This document shows positions 1 to 9,384 of a stretch of 64,000 nucleotides of DNA, one piece after another. The position numbers and the translations under genes are program-made. Position 1 is the stretch's first letter; each line of letters starts with the position of its first letter. Source of the DNA: Bacteroidota bacterium (GTDB lineage Bacteria > Bacteroidota > Bacteroidia > Bacteroidales > UBA10428); NCBI GenBank assembly GCA_023442525.1, contig JAEZZA010000017.1, forward strand, positions 127,340 to 191,339. The letters are read 5' to 3'. The notes under the pieces were generated by a model. It saw only the letters and a program-made list of their open reading frames with translations. It did not search any database and was not told where the DNA came from.

Positions 1-174
1 GCATTCCATGATCGCAGAACTAAAATAGGTGAGGAAATGTACCGGAAATTCGGGCTCGAATGCATGGAAGTCACGGATGATGTATTTGAATCACCTGCAT
101 CAATAGTTTTTGATGAGGCCGAAAACCGGGTTCATACTATAAAAGCTGTGATGGTTGCCACACTGGGAGCGTAA
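1..174 (+). CDS. 3' end of an upstream CDS (…[23 protein letters not shown]), function not recognised
   Basis: Open frame from the window edge to TAA at 172-174. No recognisable motif. Confidence 0.3.
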   Translation, partial: AFHDRRTKIGEEMYRKFGLECMEVTDDVFESPASIVFDEAENRVHTIKAVMVATLGA

Positions 175-180
175 ACTGGT

Positions 181-699
181 ATGGATTACCTTTTGATTAT
201 ACTGGGAGTTATCTGTATCCTTGCCGGTTTTGCCGGCAGTATACTTCCCGGTTTGCCTGGCCCTCCTTTGAGTTACCTGGGTATCCTGTTGTTGCACTGG
301 ACCCGGTTTGCCGGTTTTTCGAGTCAGATGCTTATAACCTGGGCTATTGTTGTAATTATTGTGGCAGTTCTGGATTACGTAGTACCTATATGGGGTACAA
401 GAAAGTATGGAGGAACAAAGGCTGGCGTCAGGGGCAGCACAATCGGACTTATTATTGGTGTTATTCTTTTGCCCATGCTGGGTATAGTCCTCGGACCTTT
501 TGGAATTTTCGGAATACTTGGTGGCCCGTTTATCGGCGCATGGATTGGTGAACGTATGACAGGTCAGGATCCTCAGAAAGCACTTCGGGCGGCATTCGGT
601 TCATTCGTGGGGTTTATCGCGGGTACGCTGATGAAAATTGCTGTATCGCTGATTCTTGCTTTTTATTTCTTCAGGGCTGTGTTTCAGACCTTGTTTTAA
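181..699 (+). CDS. small integral membrane protein, DUF456-like
   Basis: 172 aa, about 4 TM helices, Gly/Pro-rich loops (GLPGPP). Resembles DUF456/YqgC-like proteins. Confidence 0.5.
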   Translation: MDYLLIILGVICILAGFAGSILPGLPGPPLSYLGILLLHWTRFAGFSSQMLITWAIVVIIVAVLDYVVPIWGTRKYGGTKAGVRGSTIGLIIGVILLPMLGIVLGPFGIFGILGGPFIGAWIGERMTGQDPQKALRAAFGSFVGFIAGTLMKIAVSLILAFYFFRAVFQTLF

Positions 700-742
700 T
701 CTTAGCTTTGGCCTGACTGCTATTGAACGAAGGCTGCATTAA

Positions 743-1384
743 TTATTGTAAGTCAACCAGGTTATTGCGGAAAGCGTAGAGTACCAACGAAAGAGAATTT
801 CTGCATCCGGTTTTGGCCAGCAGATTGGCACGGTGATTTTCAACGGTCCTTTCACTCAGAAACAACTTTGCAGCTATTTCAGTTGTATTCAATCCCTTGC
901 ACATCAGTTGAAGGATTTCACTTTCTCTTTGTGTGAGAGAGATCTGGTCACTGTTTTTTCGGTTCCTGATCAGATTTAAAAGAAGTTCCTGCGAAAAATA
1001 TGTTTTACCTCTGAGAATATCATTTACCGCATCACGTAATTCGGAATTCTCGGCGTCTTTTAATATAAATCCTTTAACCCCGTTCTCAATAACACTGTTG
1101 TAATACTGCTCATCACCATACATCGAAACGACCAGTATCTTAATATCGGGAAATTCATGCAAAAGAACGCGACTGGCTTCAACTCCGTTAACCTGCGGCA
1201 TATTGATGTCCATTATGATCAGATCGGGGACCAGTTCGCGTGTGATTTCAATCAATTCCTTTCCGTTGGCAACATCCGCAACAACATCAATATCTTCTAA
1301 TTCTTCAAGGATGAGTTTAAGTCCTTCCCTGAACAATGTATGATCGTCTGCAATTACTACCTTAAATTTCTTTCCCGGAGTCAT
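743..1384 (-). CDS. NarL/FixJ (LuxR-type) response regulator
   Basis: N-terminal receiver (VVIADDH…MDINMP) and C-terminal LuxR HTH (LTQRESEILQL…ERTVENHR). Confidence 0.85.
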   Translation of the reverse strand: MTPGKKFKVVIADDHTLFREGLKLILEELEDIDVVADVANGKELIEITRELVPDLIIMDINMPQVNGVEASRVLLHEFPDIKILVVSMYGDEQYYNSVIENGVKGFILKDAENSELRDAVNDILRGKTYFSQELLLNLIRNRKNSDQISLTQRESEILQLMCKGLNTTEIAAKLFLSERTVENHRANLLAKTGCRNSLSLVLYAFRNNLVDLQ

Positions 1385-2855
1385 TTCGTGTTATTGTTTG
1401 TAGCTCAAAGCTAATATGAAATCCCTTTTTATCGGCACTATTTACGGTAAAATTACCCCCAAGTGCACTAATACGTGATATTATGTTGTTTAATCCCATG
1501 CCATTGCCCGGTGAATCTACTTTTTCATTCCAGTTGAATCCGATTCCGTCGTCGGAATACCGGCACATGAGCATTTTATCTTTATAGTCGAGTTCTATAT
1601 CAATTGTATTGGCGCGTGCATGTTTTACCGTATTATTGATCAGTTCTTTTATTACCCTGTACAATAAGACCTCTACAGTTTTCGGAAATCGTATTCCCTT
1701 TGTGTTTGTCTTTATATTGATATCATAATCTTTTGAAAACAAACCGGCAAAATTCTGAACAGCGGCGGAAAGACCGAAATTCAACAGGACATGCGGGCTC
1801 ATGTCGTTGGAAATAATCTTAATGGCATCAATTACATCTCTCACAATATTGCCAATCTGTTGCGCGAGCTTGTTTTTCTTTCCCGAATAATCTGTCTCCA
1901 GGAAAGAATTGGTAAAAATCTTCAGGGCGGAAATCAGTGGACCTATCTCATCGTGCAGATCACGAGCCAGACGGTTTCTTTCGACCTCTTCCGTTAGTAT
2001 TACTGTTTCGAAGATTTTCCTGGCATGATTCTTTCTTTCTCTGATGTCCCGGATAATACAAAGTATGGCTTTTTTATTGTCATAAATTATCGGGACACTG
2101 CTGATTTCAATATTCAGAAGTGAACTATCCGAAGGTGAAATTACTTCGAGTTCCATTATATCAGCCGGATTACCAATTTTCACCTGCTCGAGCATTTCGA
2201 TTAAGAAGGGACGAAAGTCGGGCATTATATAGTCCATCAGAACATGGGTGTGCAGGAACTCACTGTTAACACCAAGTAATTTGAAAAGGGCATCATTACC
2301 TTTTACATAGTCGTAATTATGATCAACAATGATGATAGCATCCTTGGAACCATTGAATATATTCCGGAAATTAACTTCGCTTTTCTGAAGTTTGTTATAC
2401 ATTTCAATCAATTCAACAGTTCTCTCTTCGACGATAAGTTCGAGCTGATTCCGGTATTTTTCGAGTTCGATGGATTGGCTCTTTTGCCGGATGGATTTAT
2501 TAAGTGTAATGTGAAGCGATTTTTTGAAATTACCGGCATTGTCCTTAATAATATATTCAACTGCTCCCAGGTCCAGTGCTCTTAATACCGATTCTTCATT
2601 TCCTTCGGTAGTCATCACAATTAAAGGAATCTGTTTTATTGCCGGAATGATATCAATACAATAACCATCCGGTAAAATGTAATCGGCTGCCACGGCATCG
2701 AAATCGTTTGTGGAAAAAAGTGCAAGTCCGTCCTTCAGATTACCGGCAACCGATATCCTATAGGGTATGGATGTATGGAGCGACTGGTTAACGACTTCTA
2801 CCCAATCGCCTGGTTCATTATCAATAATAAGCAAATTGAACACTCGGCGTTCCAT
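1362..2855 (-). CDS. hybrid sensor histidine kinase (REC-PAS-HisKA_3-HATPase)
   Basis: N-terminal receiver-like domain. H-box ARDLHDEIGPLISALK is HisKA_3 (NarX-type), followed by a C-terminal HATPase_c G-boxes. Overlaps the start of the downstream RR by 23 bp. Confidence 0.8.
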   Translation of the reverse strand: MERRVFNLLIIDNEPGDWVEVVNQSLHTSIPYRISVAGNLKDGLALFSTNDFDAVAADYILPDGYCIDIIPAIKQIPLIVMTTEGNEESVLRALDLGAVEYIIKDNAGNFKKSLHITLNKSIRQKSQSIELEKYRNQLELIVEERTVELIEMYNKLQKSEVNFRNIFNGSKDAIIIVDHNYDYVKGNDALFKLLGVNSEFLHTHVLMDYIMPDFRPFLIEMLEQVKIGNPADIMELEVISPSDSSLLNIEISSVPIIYDNKKAILCIIRDIRERKNHARKIFETVILTEEVERNRLARDLHDEIGPLISALKIFTNSFLETDYSGKKNKLAQQIGNIVRDVIDAIKIISNDMSPHVLLNFGLSAAVQNFAGLFSKDYDINIKTNTKGIRFPKTVEVLLYRVIKELINNTVKHARANTIDIELDYKDKMLMCRYSDDGIGFNWNEKVDSPGNGMGLNNIISRISALGGNFTVNSADKKGFHISFELQTITRNDSGKEI

Positions 2856-3031
2856 AAAAAATACTGGTAATGCTGAAATTCCTCAAAAAGTCAGACTTCC
2901 TCTAATTTGATTGCATTTCGGGTAGTGCTGCAATTTAACGAATAATCTGTTATAATATTAACAGGGTATAAACGTTCTTAGATGTTATCCGGTTATATTA
3001 ATTCAGGTTTTTCAAATTAAATATTTGTAAA

Positions 3032-3724
3032 ATGTTAATTCAATTCATGTTTTTAGTTTTTCTGGCGATCGGTTGGTTCCCGGTTTCGCGGGATAAAACT
3101 GTATCAGGATCGGATGTTGATTATCGCAATTTTCGAAAAGTTCAGGCTTACCAGAAAGAAATTGATTTCAATCACACCGATTTTGACCGGATTAACCAGG
3201 TTGTATTTCATCTTACCAATGAAATCAGGGTGAAGAATAATCTGAATCCGCTCGAATATTCACCGGAACTTGAGAAATCTGCTTTCATGCATGCTACAGA
3301 CATGGTAAAAGATAATTTCTTCAACCACATCAACATCAAGGATTCCCGGAAACGTACGCCAAACGATCGTGCCCGGCTCTGTAATATTTCAAATCCATTC
3401 CTTGCCGAAAACCTGATCGAGGGATACGGACTTCAATATACTTCTTACGAACCTGTTTACCTGCGGGGCAAAGGTATGTTCAGCAAATCACCCGAAGGCG
3501 AACTGATTAAAGCCCATACCTATCTTTCGTTTGCCGAAGAGCAACTTAAACGGTGGATGGACTCAAAAGAACACCGAAAAAACATACTCTCGAAAGATGC
3601 TCTTCAAATAGGGTGCGGTACCGCTATATTTATTAATAAGGAATTCAATGACATGCCCTCGTTTTATGTAGTGCAGAATTTTCAGTGGTACGAACCGATT
3701 AAGAGGAGCGGGCCGGGAGAGTAG
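3032..3724 (+). CDS. secreted CAP/SCP (PR-1-like) domain protein
   Basis: Signal peptide and a CAP-like core (HTDFDRINQ…NHINI…). Confidence 0.55.
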   Translation: MLIQFMFLVFLAIGWFPVSRDKTVSGSDVDYRNFRKVQAYQKEIDFNHTDFDRINQVVFHLTNEIRVKNNLNPLEYSPELEKSAFMHATDMVKDNFFNHINIKDSRKRTPNDRARLCNISNPFLAENLIEGYGLQYTSYEPVYLRGKGMFSKSPEGELIKAHTYLSFAEEQLKRWMDSKEHRKNILSKDALQIGCGTAIFINKEFNDMPSFYVVQNFQWYEPIKRSGPGE

Positions 3725-3749
3725 ATACTGTTATGCCGGATTCTTTAAG

Positions 3750-3813
3750 CTGTACCTGTACCTGTACCTGTAGCCTGCAGCCTGTAGCCTGTAGCCTGTA
3801 GCCTGTAGCCTGA
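3750..3813. repeat. compound microsatellite (CTGTAC)x3 + (CTGTAGC/CTGCAGC)x6
   Basis: Read directly: ctgtac x3 at 3750-3767, then six heptamers ctgtagc/ctgcagc at 3768-3809. Confidence 0.95.
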
Positions 3814-3921
3814 CTTAAACCCTGAAACCCTCTTCCCTCAGCCATTTATTTCCCGAAAATCATTATTTTTCATAAAAATTTGCAGCATTTTAGATGGATA
3901 CCCGTATTTATTCATGAGTAA

Positions 3922-4482
3922 ATGACAAAACCAAAGGGTTACGAAATTCATCAGGAACTCATAGAACGATGTCGCACCGGCGACAGAAATGCACAACGTG
4001 AGATATACAGACTGTATTACAAGGCCATGTATAACACCTGTTACCGGATGCTGAACAACCAGGTTGAAGCAGAAGATGTCATGCAGGAATCGTTTCTTGC
4101 AGCATTTCTGAAGATCAACAACTATAGGGGAGAGATGACTTTCGGTTCGTGGCTGAAAAAGATTGTGATCAACAGAACTATTGACGTTCTCAGAACACGG
4201 AAGGTTAAGTTTGAAGAGATCAATGAAAAATCAGCCGTGTACGAGAATGAAAACCCTGAGTTGGATTTTGAGGAAGACGGCAGCAGAATGATTGAACGGA
4301 TTAAGGAGTCAATCAGTAAGCTTCCGGAGGGTTTCAGAATCGTGCTTACACTGTCATTATTTGAAGGCTTTGATCATGAAGAGATTGCTTCAATTCTTAA
4401 AATAAGCGAATCAACATCGCGATCACAGCTTGCAAGGGCAAAAAAGAAACTGATTGAGATTTTAAATAATAATGTAAAATGA
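3922..4482 (+). CDS. ECF (sigma-70 family) RNA polymerase sigma factor
   Basis: Region 2 (…RLYYKAMYNTCYRML…EDVMQESF…) and region 4 HTH (…EEIASILKISESTSRSQLARAKKKL). Confidence 0.85.
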   Translation: MTKPKGYEIHQELIERCRTGDRNAQREIYRLYYKAMYNTCYRMLNNQVEAEDVMQESFLAAFLKINNYRGEMTFGSWLKKIVINRTIDVLRTRKVKFEEINEKSAVYENENPELDFEEDGSRMIERIKESISKLPEGFRIVLTLSLFEGFDHEEIASILKISESTSRSQLARAKKKLIEILNNNVK

Positions 4483-5012
4483 AGCCTTTAGAGGATTTTA
4501 TAACAAACAACGCAGAGCGTTTTGATACCGGGGAGCCTCTACCGGGTCATTTCAATCGCTTTGACGAAAGGCTTGAAAGATCGGGAAAGTTGAGGCTATT
4601 TCCTCGCGTGAGCCTGCTGGTAAGAATTGCCGCGATTTTTATAATAGGAATGGTTCTGACATTCTTTGCCTTTCGTGCATCTCAGTATGTTAAAAATGAT
4701 TTGAAGTATATTGTATCAGCAGCTGGCTATCCCGAACTCCTTGAAGCCGAGGATTATTATTCGTTTCAGACAGAGATTTTCTACTCGAAAATTCAGAATC
4801 TGACAATCGGGAATGATAACTCTCAGAAGAAACAGATCCTGGATGAGCTGTCGGCCATGGATAACCAGGTCAAGATGCTTAAACATGATTTGGTTTTGAA
4901 TCCGGATAACGAACGCGTTGTGCAAGCCATAATAAATACTTACCAGTTAAAGCTTGAATTCATGGATATGATTCTCACCCGCACCCAGGTAAATAATCCC
5001 AAAATTCTTTAA
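4479..5012 (+). CDS. single-pass membrane protein, putative anti-sigma partner
   Basis: Start overlaps the sigma gene stop by 4 bp. One TM segment (IAAIFIIGMVLTFFAF). No zinc-finger motif. Confidence 0.4.
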   Translation: MKPLEDFITNNAERFDTGEPLPGHFNRFDERLERSGKLRLFPRVSLLVRIAAIFIIGMVLTFFAFRASQYVKNDLKYIVSAAGYPELLEAEDYYSFQTEIFYSKIQNLTIGNDNSQKKQILDELSAMDNQVKMLKHDLVLNPDNERVVQAIINTYQLKLEFMDMILTRTQVNNPKIL

Positions 5013-5023
5013 AAATTACAGCT

Positions 5024-6109
5024 ATGAAATCACAATATAATATCAGAAAACTTACCGCCATCGTTTCAATACTGTTCCTGTCAACGGTAATTTGGGCTCA
5101 GGATGAGTACACACGGGAAATTCAAAAAGATTACCCCGTAAACGCCAATACCAGGCTTGAAATTTATAACAAGTACGGTAATGTGGATGTAGTCAATCAT
5201 GATCAGTCGTCGATATTGATTCGTGTTACCATAAAAGTACATGCACGTGATAAGGCCAAGGCTGACGTACTTTTGAACAAGATAGATGTGGATTTTTCTC
5301 AACAGGGTGATGTAATAAAGGCAGTTACTGAAATCACCGAAGATATCCACAGATATTTCAAGGGCGTTTATAGTTCCGACGGAGGATTCCAGATCAATTA
5401 TTCGGTAACCATTCCGAAAACGCTGCCCGTAGTGCTGTCGAACAAATATGGGAATGTATTTATTGACGAATTGGTTTCTACTTCAACCATTGATGTTAAA
5501 TATGGAAAACTTACAGCCAATAAGATCATTCACGATTCAAAACAGCCCCTTACCAAAATAAATCTTTCATATTCAACAGGAAGTATCCAGGAAACCCGGT
5601 GGATTGAGGCCGACATTAAATATTCGAAGCTTAGTTTAACCGAAAACAAAGCCCTGGCCATCATCAGTAAGTATTCCAAGCTGTATCTCACTAACGGGAG
5701 TTCCATTGTAAGCGAAAGCAAATACGATACTTATGAAATTGATAACCTGTCGAATTTCGTCTCAAATGCAGCATACAGCCATTTTAAGATAGGAAAGCTG
5801 ACCGGCAAACTACAGGTGGATACCAAATATACCGAGGTGTTTGTGGACAGGATACCCTCGGGATTCGAGGGAATCAAGGTGAATAACAGTTACGGGACCT
5901 ATAAACTGGGCATTGATCCGTCTGCTTCTTATAAAATCAACGCTTATTCAAAATATGCCAGCATCATTTATCCTGAGAAATCGGCCCGCGTTAACCGGAT
6001 TAACGAGAATAATGAAATGAAGATCAATGGAATTATTGGAAATGAAGAGTCTGCAAAATACGAGGTAATCATTAATTCATCGTATGGAACTATCAGGCTC
6101 ATAGATTAG
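5024..6109 (+). CDS. secreted beta-rich protein, DUF4097/putative adhesin-like
   Basis: Signal peptide, repetitive KYG/SYG beta-strand motifs. It is the third gene of the sigma module. Confidence 0.45.
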   Translation: MKSQYNIRKLTAIVSILFLSTVIWAQDEYTREIQKDYPVNANTRLEIYNKYGNVDVVNHDQSSILIRVTIKVHARDKAKADVLLNKIDVDFSQQGDVIKAVTEITEDIHRYFKGVYSSDGGFQINYSVTIPKTLPVVLSNKYGNVFIDELVSTSTIDVKYGKLTANKIIHDSKQPLTKINLSYSTGSIQETRWIEADIKYSKLSLTENKALAIISKYSKLYLTNGSSIVSESKYDTYEIDNLSNFVSNAAYSHFKIGKLTGKLQVDTKYTEVFVDRIPSGFEGIKVNNSYGTYKLGIDPSASYKINAYSKYASIIYPEKSARVNRINENNEMKINGIIGNEESAKYEVIINSSYGTIRLID

Positions 6110-6128
6110 GCTATTCTGATCATAATAT

Positions 6129-6163
6129 AATGCTCTGCATCATATACATGCAGGGCATTTTTA
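6129..6163 (+). terminator. rho-independent terminator
   Basis: atgctctgcat-catatac-atgcagggcat stem-loop followed by ttttatt. Confidence 0.6.
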
Positions 6164-6250
6164 TTCAATATAGCTGCCTTTTTCTTTTTTATTAACAAAT
6201 CGCCCTCTCTCGTCATATTTCAGTATCTTTGCCGGCAATGAATGTGATGT

Positions 6251-8047
6251 ATGAGTGAATACCTGGTATCGGCACGAAAACACCGGCCTGTTCAATTCGA
6301 TGCGGTTGTCGGACAACATTCAGTGACCAATACACTGAAAAATGCAATTAAATCGGGGCAGGTTGCTCATGCTTATTTGTTCTGCGGCCCGCGTGGAGTG
6401 GGAAAGACTACCTGTGCGAGGATATTTGCGAAAACGCTGAACTGCATGAACAGAACTGCGGAAACCGAGGCCTGCGATACCTGCGAATCGTGCCTGGCAT
6501 TTAACAGTTCACGGTCCTATAATATTCATGAACTCGATGCCGCTTCAAACAATTCGATTGAAGATATCAGGAGCCTTATCGAGAAAGTCAGGATTCTTCC
6601 ACAGGTCGGAAAATACAGCATATATATCATCGATGAAGTTCACATGCTTTCGGCACAGGCATTTAATGCCTTTCTGAAAACACTGGAAGAACCTCCTTCA
6701 CATGCAATATTCATATTGGCAACTACCGAAAAGCACAAGATTATTCCGACCATTTTATCACGTTGCCAGGTATTTGATTTCCAACGTATCCGCCTGGAAG
6801 ATATTTCGGGTTACCTGGCTAAAGTTGCCGCAGCCGAGCATATTTCGTTCGAAGAGGAAGCTCTGAATGTAATTGCCATGAAGGCTGATGGTGCCTTGCG
6901 CGATGCACTGTCGATATTCGACCTGGTAGCAAGCTTTTCAAACCGTAATATTACGTACCAGGAAGTTCTCGATAATCTGAACGTACTTGACTACGAATAT
7001 TACTTTAAAATAACCGGCTATTTTTTTTCCTCATCTCCCGACAAAGCTTTATTGCTTTTTAATGAAATTCTCCAGAAGGGATTCGACGGACAAAATTTCA
7101 TCAGCGGGCTGGCATCCCATCTTCGCGACCTGATGGTATCACGTGACGAAAGTACACTGCAACTCCTTGAAGCCGGCGAAGTATTGAGGAAAAGATATAG
7201 AGAACAAGCAATGCTTTGCAGCAACGAATTTCTGTATGCCGCGCTTGAGATCTGCAGTCAGTGTGAACTTACATTCCGGTCGGCCCGTAATCAACGGTTG
7301 CATATAGAACTTGCATTAATAAAACTGTCGAATCTGACGGGCGAAAAAAAAAACCTCAGTGATGAGGTAGCCACAATTGAATTGCCTGAAATTGGGGCAT
7401 CTGCTTCCGCCAAAAACAGCCCCCCGGTAGCTCAGAACGTTACGCATGTTAATCCTCCTCCGGAAAAGCCTGCGACCGAACGTCCCCAAGTTCCGAATGG
7501 TCATGTTTCGAATGGAACAGTCAGGACTGCACCGGCATCAGCGGGTTCATCACTTCTGAATATTTCCATTAAAGATGCCCTGGGCAAAGTGAAATCAAAG
7601 GAGCCGGAAATTCAGGAAGAGGAGGAAGCCGATTACACCATCGATGACACGGAACAACCTGAAGATTTCACGGAACAGGAGATAACTCCGGCATTGCTTT
7701 CATTATCGTGGAACTCATTTGCCGATAAAATCAGGGAAAACCGGCCCAGGATGGCTGTTACACTGAAATCGGTAAAACCGGTAATCGAAAACCGGAACCT
7801 GATAAAGGTTGAGATGAACAATCGTTCGCAACTCGATGATTTTAACAGCACAACAAGGGCTGAGCTCGAAAAGTTCCTCAGAATGGAAACGCGAAACCCT
7901 GGCATAAGCATTGAGGCTGTTTTGCTGGAAAAGGATGAAGATCAGCAGGTCAAATTATATACCAGTGAAGAAAAATTCAGGTATCTTAGCAAAAAGAATC
8001 CGGGACTTGAATCTTTAAGGCAAAAACTGAATCTGGAACTGGAATAA
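6251..8047 (+). CDS. dnaX: DNA polymerase III subunit gamma/tau
   Basis: Walker [10 protein letters not shown], a Cys cluster (CDTCESC), a DEVHML box, and a low-complexity tau linker. Confidence 0.9.
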   Translation: MSEYLVSARKHRPVQFDAVVGQHSVTNTLKNAIKSGQVAHAYLFCGPRGVGKTTCARIFAKTLNCMNRTAETEACDTCESCLAFNSSRSYNIHELDAASNNSIEDIRSLIEKVRILPQVGKYSIYIIDEVHMLSAQAFNAFLKTLEEPPSHAIFILATTEKHKIIPTILSRCQVFDFQRIRLEDISGYLAKVAAAEHISFEEEALNVIAMKADGALRDALSIFDLVASFSNRNITYQEVLDNLNVLDYEYYFKITGYFFSSSPDKALLLFNEILQKGFDGQNFISGLASHLRDLMVSRDESTLQLLEAGEVLRKRYREQAMLCSNEFLYAALEICSQCELTFRSARNQRLHIELALIKLSNLTGEKKNLSDEVATIELPEIGASASAKNSPPVAQNVTHVNPPPEKPATERPQVPNGHVSNGTVRTAPASAGSSLLNISIKDALGKVKSKEPEIQEEEEADYTIDDTEQPEDFTEQEITPALLSLSWNSFADKIRENRPRMAVTLKSVKPVIENRNLIKVEMNNRSQLDDFNSTTRAELEKFLRMETRNPGISIEAVLLEKDEDQQVKLYTSEEKFRYLSKKNPGLESLRQKLNLELE

Positions 8048-8058
8048 CATATCAAGAT

Positions 8059-9285
8059 ATGGAAGGACAGAAGATAAGACTTGAAAATAAAAAACTTGTA
8101 GTTCCTGATAATCCTGTAATACCTTTTATTGAAGGTGATGGTACCGGTCCTGATATCTGGGCCGCCTCGGTTAACGTATTTAATGCCGCGGTGGAGAAAG
8201 CCTATCATTCCAAACGAAAAATTGTCTGGCAGGAAGTACTGGCCGGACAGAAAGCTTTTGATCAGACAGGCAACTGGCTTCCCGATGAAACCCTTGATAT
8301 TATCCGGGAATGTCTGGTAGCCATTAAGGGCCCTCTTACCACACCGGTTGGCGGAGGGATCCGCTCACTCAACGTGGCATTGCGGCAAATACTCGACCTT
8401 TATGTTTGTCTTCGTCCTGTGAAATACTATGAGGGAGTTCCTTCACCGGTTAAAGATCCTTCCACTACCGATATGGTTATCTTCAGGGAAAATGCCGAAG
8501 ATATCTATGCAGGAATTGAATGGCTGGCGGATACCCCTGAGGTTCGTAAATTAATTGACTTCCTCCGGAATGAGATGAGCGTGAAGAAGATCAGGTTTCC
8601 CGAAACTTCATCCATAGGGATTAAGCCTGTTTCACATGAAGGTTCTGAAAGGCTTATCCGGGCTGCTATAAAATATGCAATCGATCATGATCTGCCTTCG
8701 GTTACTCTGGTACACAAGGGAAATATTATGAAGTTCACCGAAGGCGCGTTCCGGGATTGGGGATATGAGCTTGCCAAACGTGAATTCGGGGCCGAAGAAA
8801 TTGCCGGAGGCCCATGGCGTTCATTCACCAATCCGGTATCGGGTAAAAGTATAGTTATTAAAGATGTAATTGCCGATGCTTTTCTTCAGCAAATACTTAC
8901 CCGTCCGGCAGAGTATTCAGTAATTGCCACTCTGAATCTAAACGGCGACTATATTTCTGATGCACTTGCTGCCATTGTTGGCGGAATTGGAATTGCACCG
9001 GGCGCCAATATCAACTACGATACCGGCCATGCTGTATTTGAAGCTACGCACGGTACCGCACCCAAGTATGCAGGTAAGGATATGGTGAATCCGGGCTCGG
9101 TTATTTTGTCAGGCGCCATGATGTTTGAATACATGGGTTGGAACGAAGCCGCCGGATTAATTTATAAAGGACTTACCGGAGCAATCAGGCTTCGGAGGGT
9201 TACTTATGATTTTGAACGTTTAATGGAGGGTGCCACCAAACTTAAATGTTCAGAATTCGGGGCAGAAATTGTCAGAAATATGTGA
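8059..9285 (+). CDS. icd: NADP-dependent isocitrate dehydrogenase
   Basis: Bacterial homodimeric IDH motifs ([11 protein letters not shown], isocitrate-binding [15 protein letters not shown]). Confidence 0.9.
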   Translation: MEGQKIRLENKKLVVPDNPVIPFIEGDGTGPDIWAASVNVFNAAVEKAYHSKRKIVWQEVLAGQKAFDQTGNWLPDETLDIIRECLVAIKGPLTTPVGGGIRSLNVALRQILDLYVCLRPVKYYEGVPSPVKDPSTTDMVIFRENAEDIYAGIEWLADTPEVRKLIDFLRNEMSVKKIRFPETSSIGIKPVSHEGSERLIRAAIKYAIDHDLPSVTLVHKGNIMKFTEGAFRDWGYELAKREFGAEEIAGGPWRSFTNPVSGKSIVIKDVIADAFLQQILTRPAEYSVIATLNLNGDYISDALAAIVGGIGIAPGANINYDTGHAVFEATHGTAPKYAGKDMVNPGSVILSGAMMFEYMGWNEAAGLIYKGLTGAIRLRRVTYDFERLMEGATKLKCSEFGAEIVRNM

Positions 9286-9384
9286 TGAATTTCACATTTT
9301 TCAGGACTGGTTTGATATAATATTGTTCAGGGCAGTTAATTGTCCTGATATTTTTTTATAATTGAAGTATCTAATAAAATAGCA

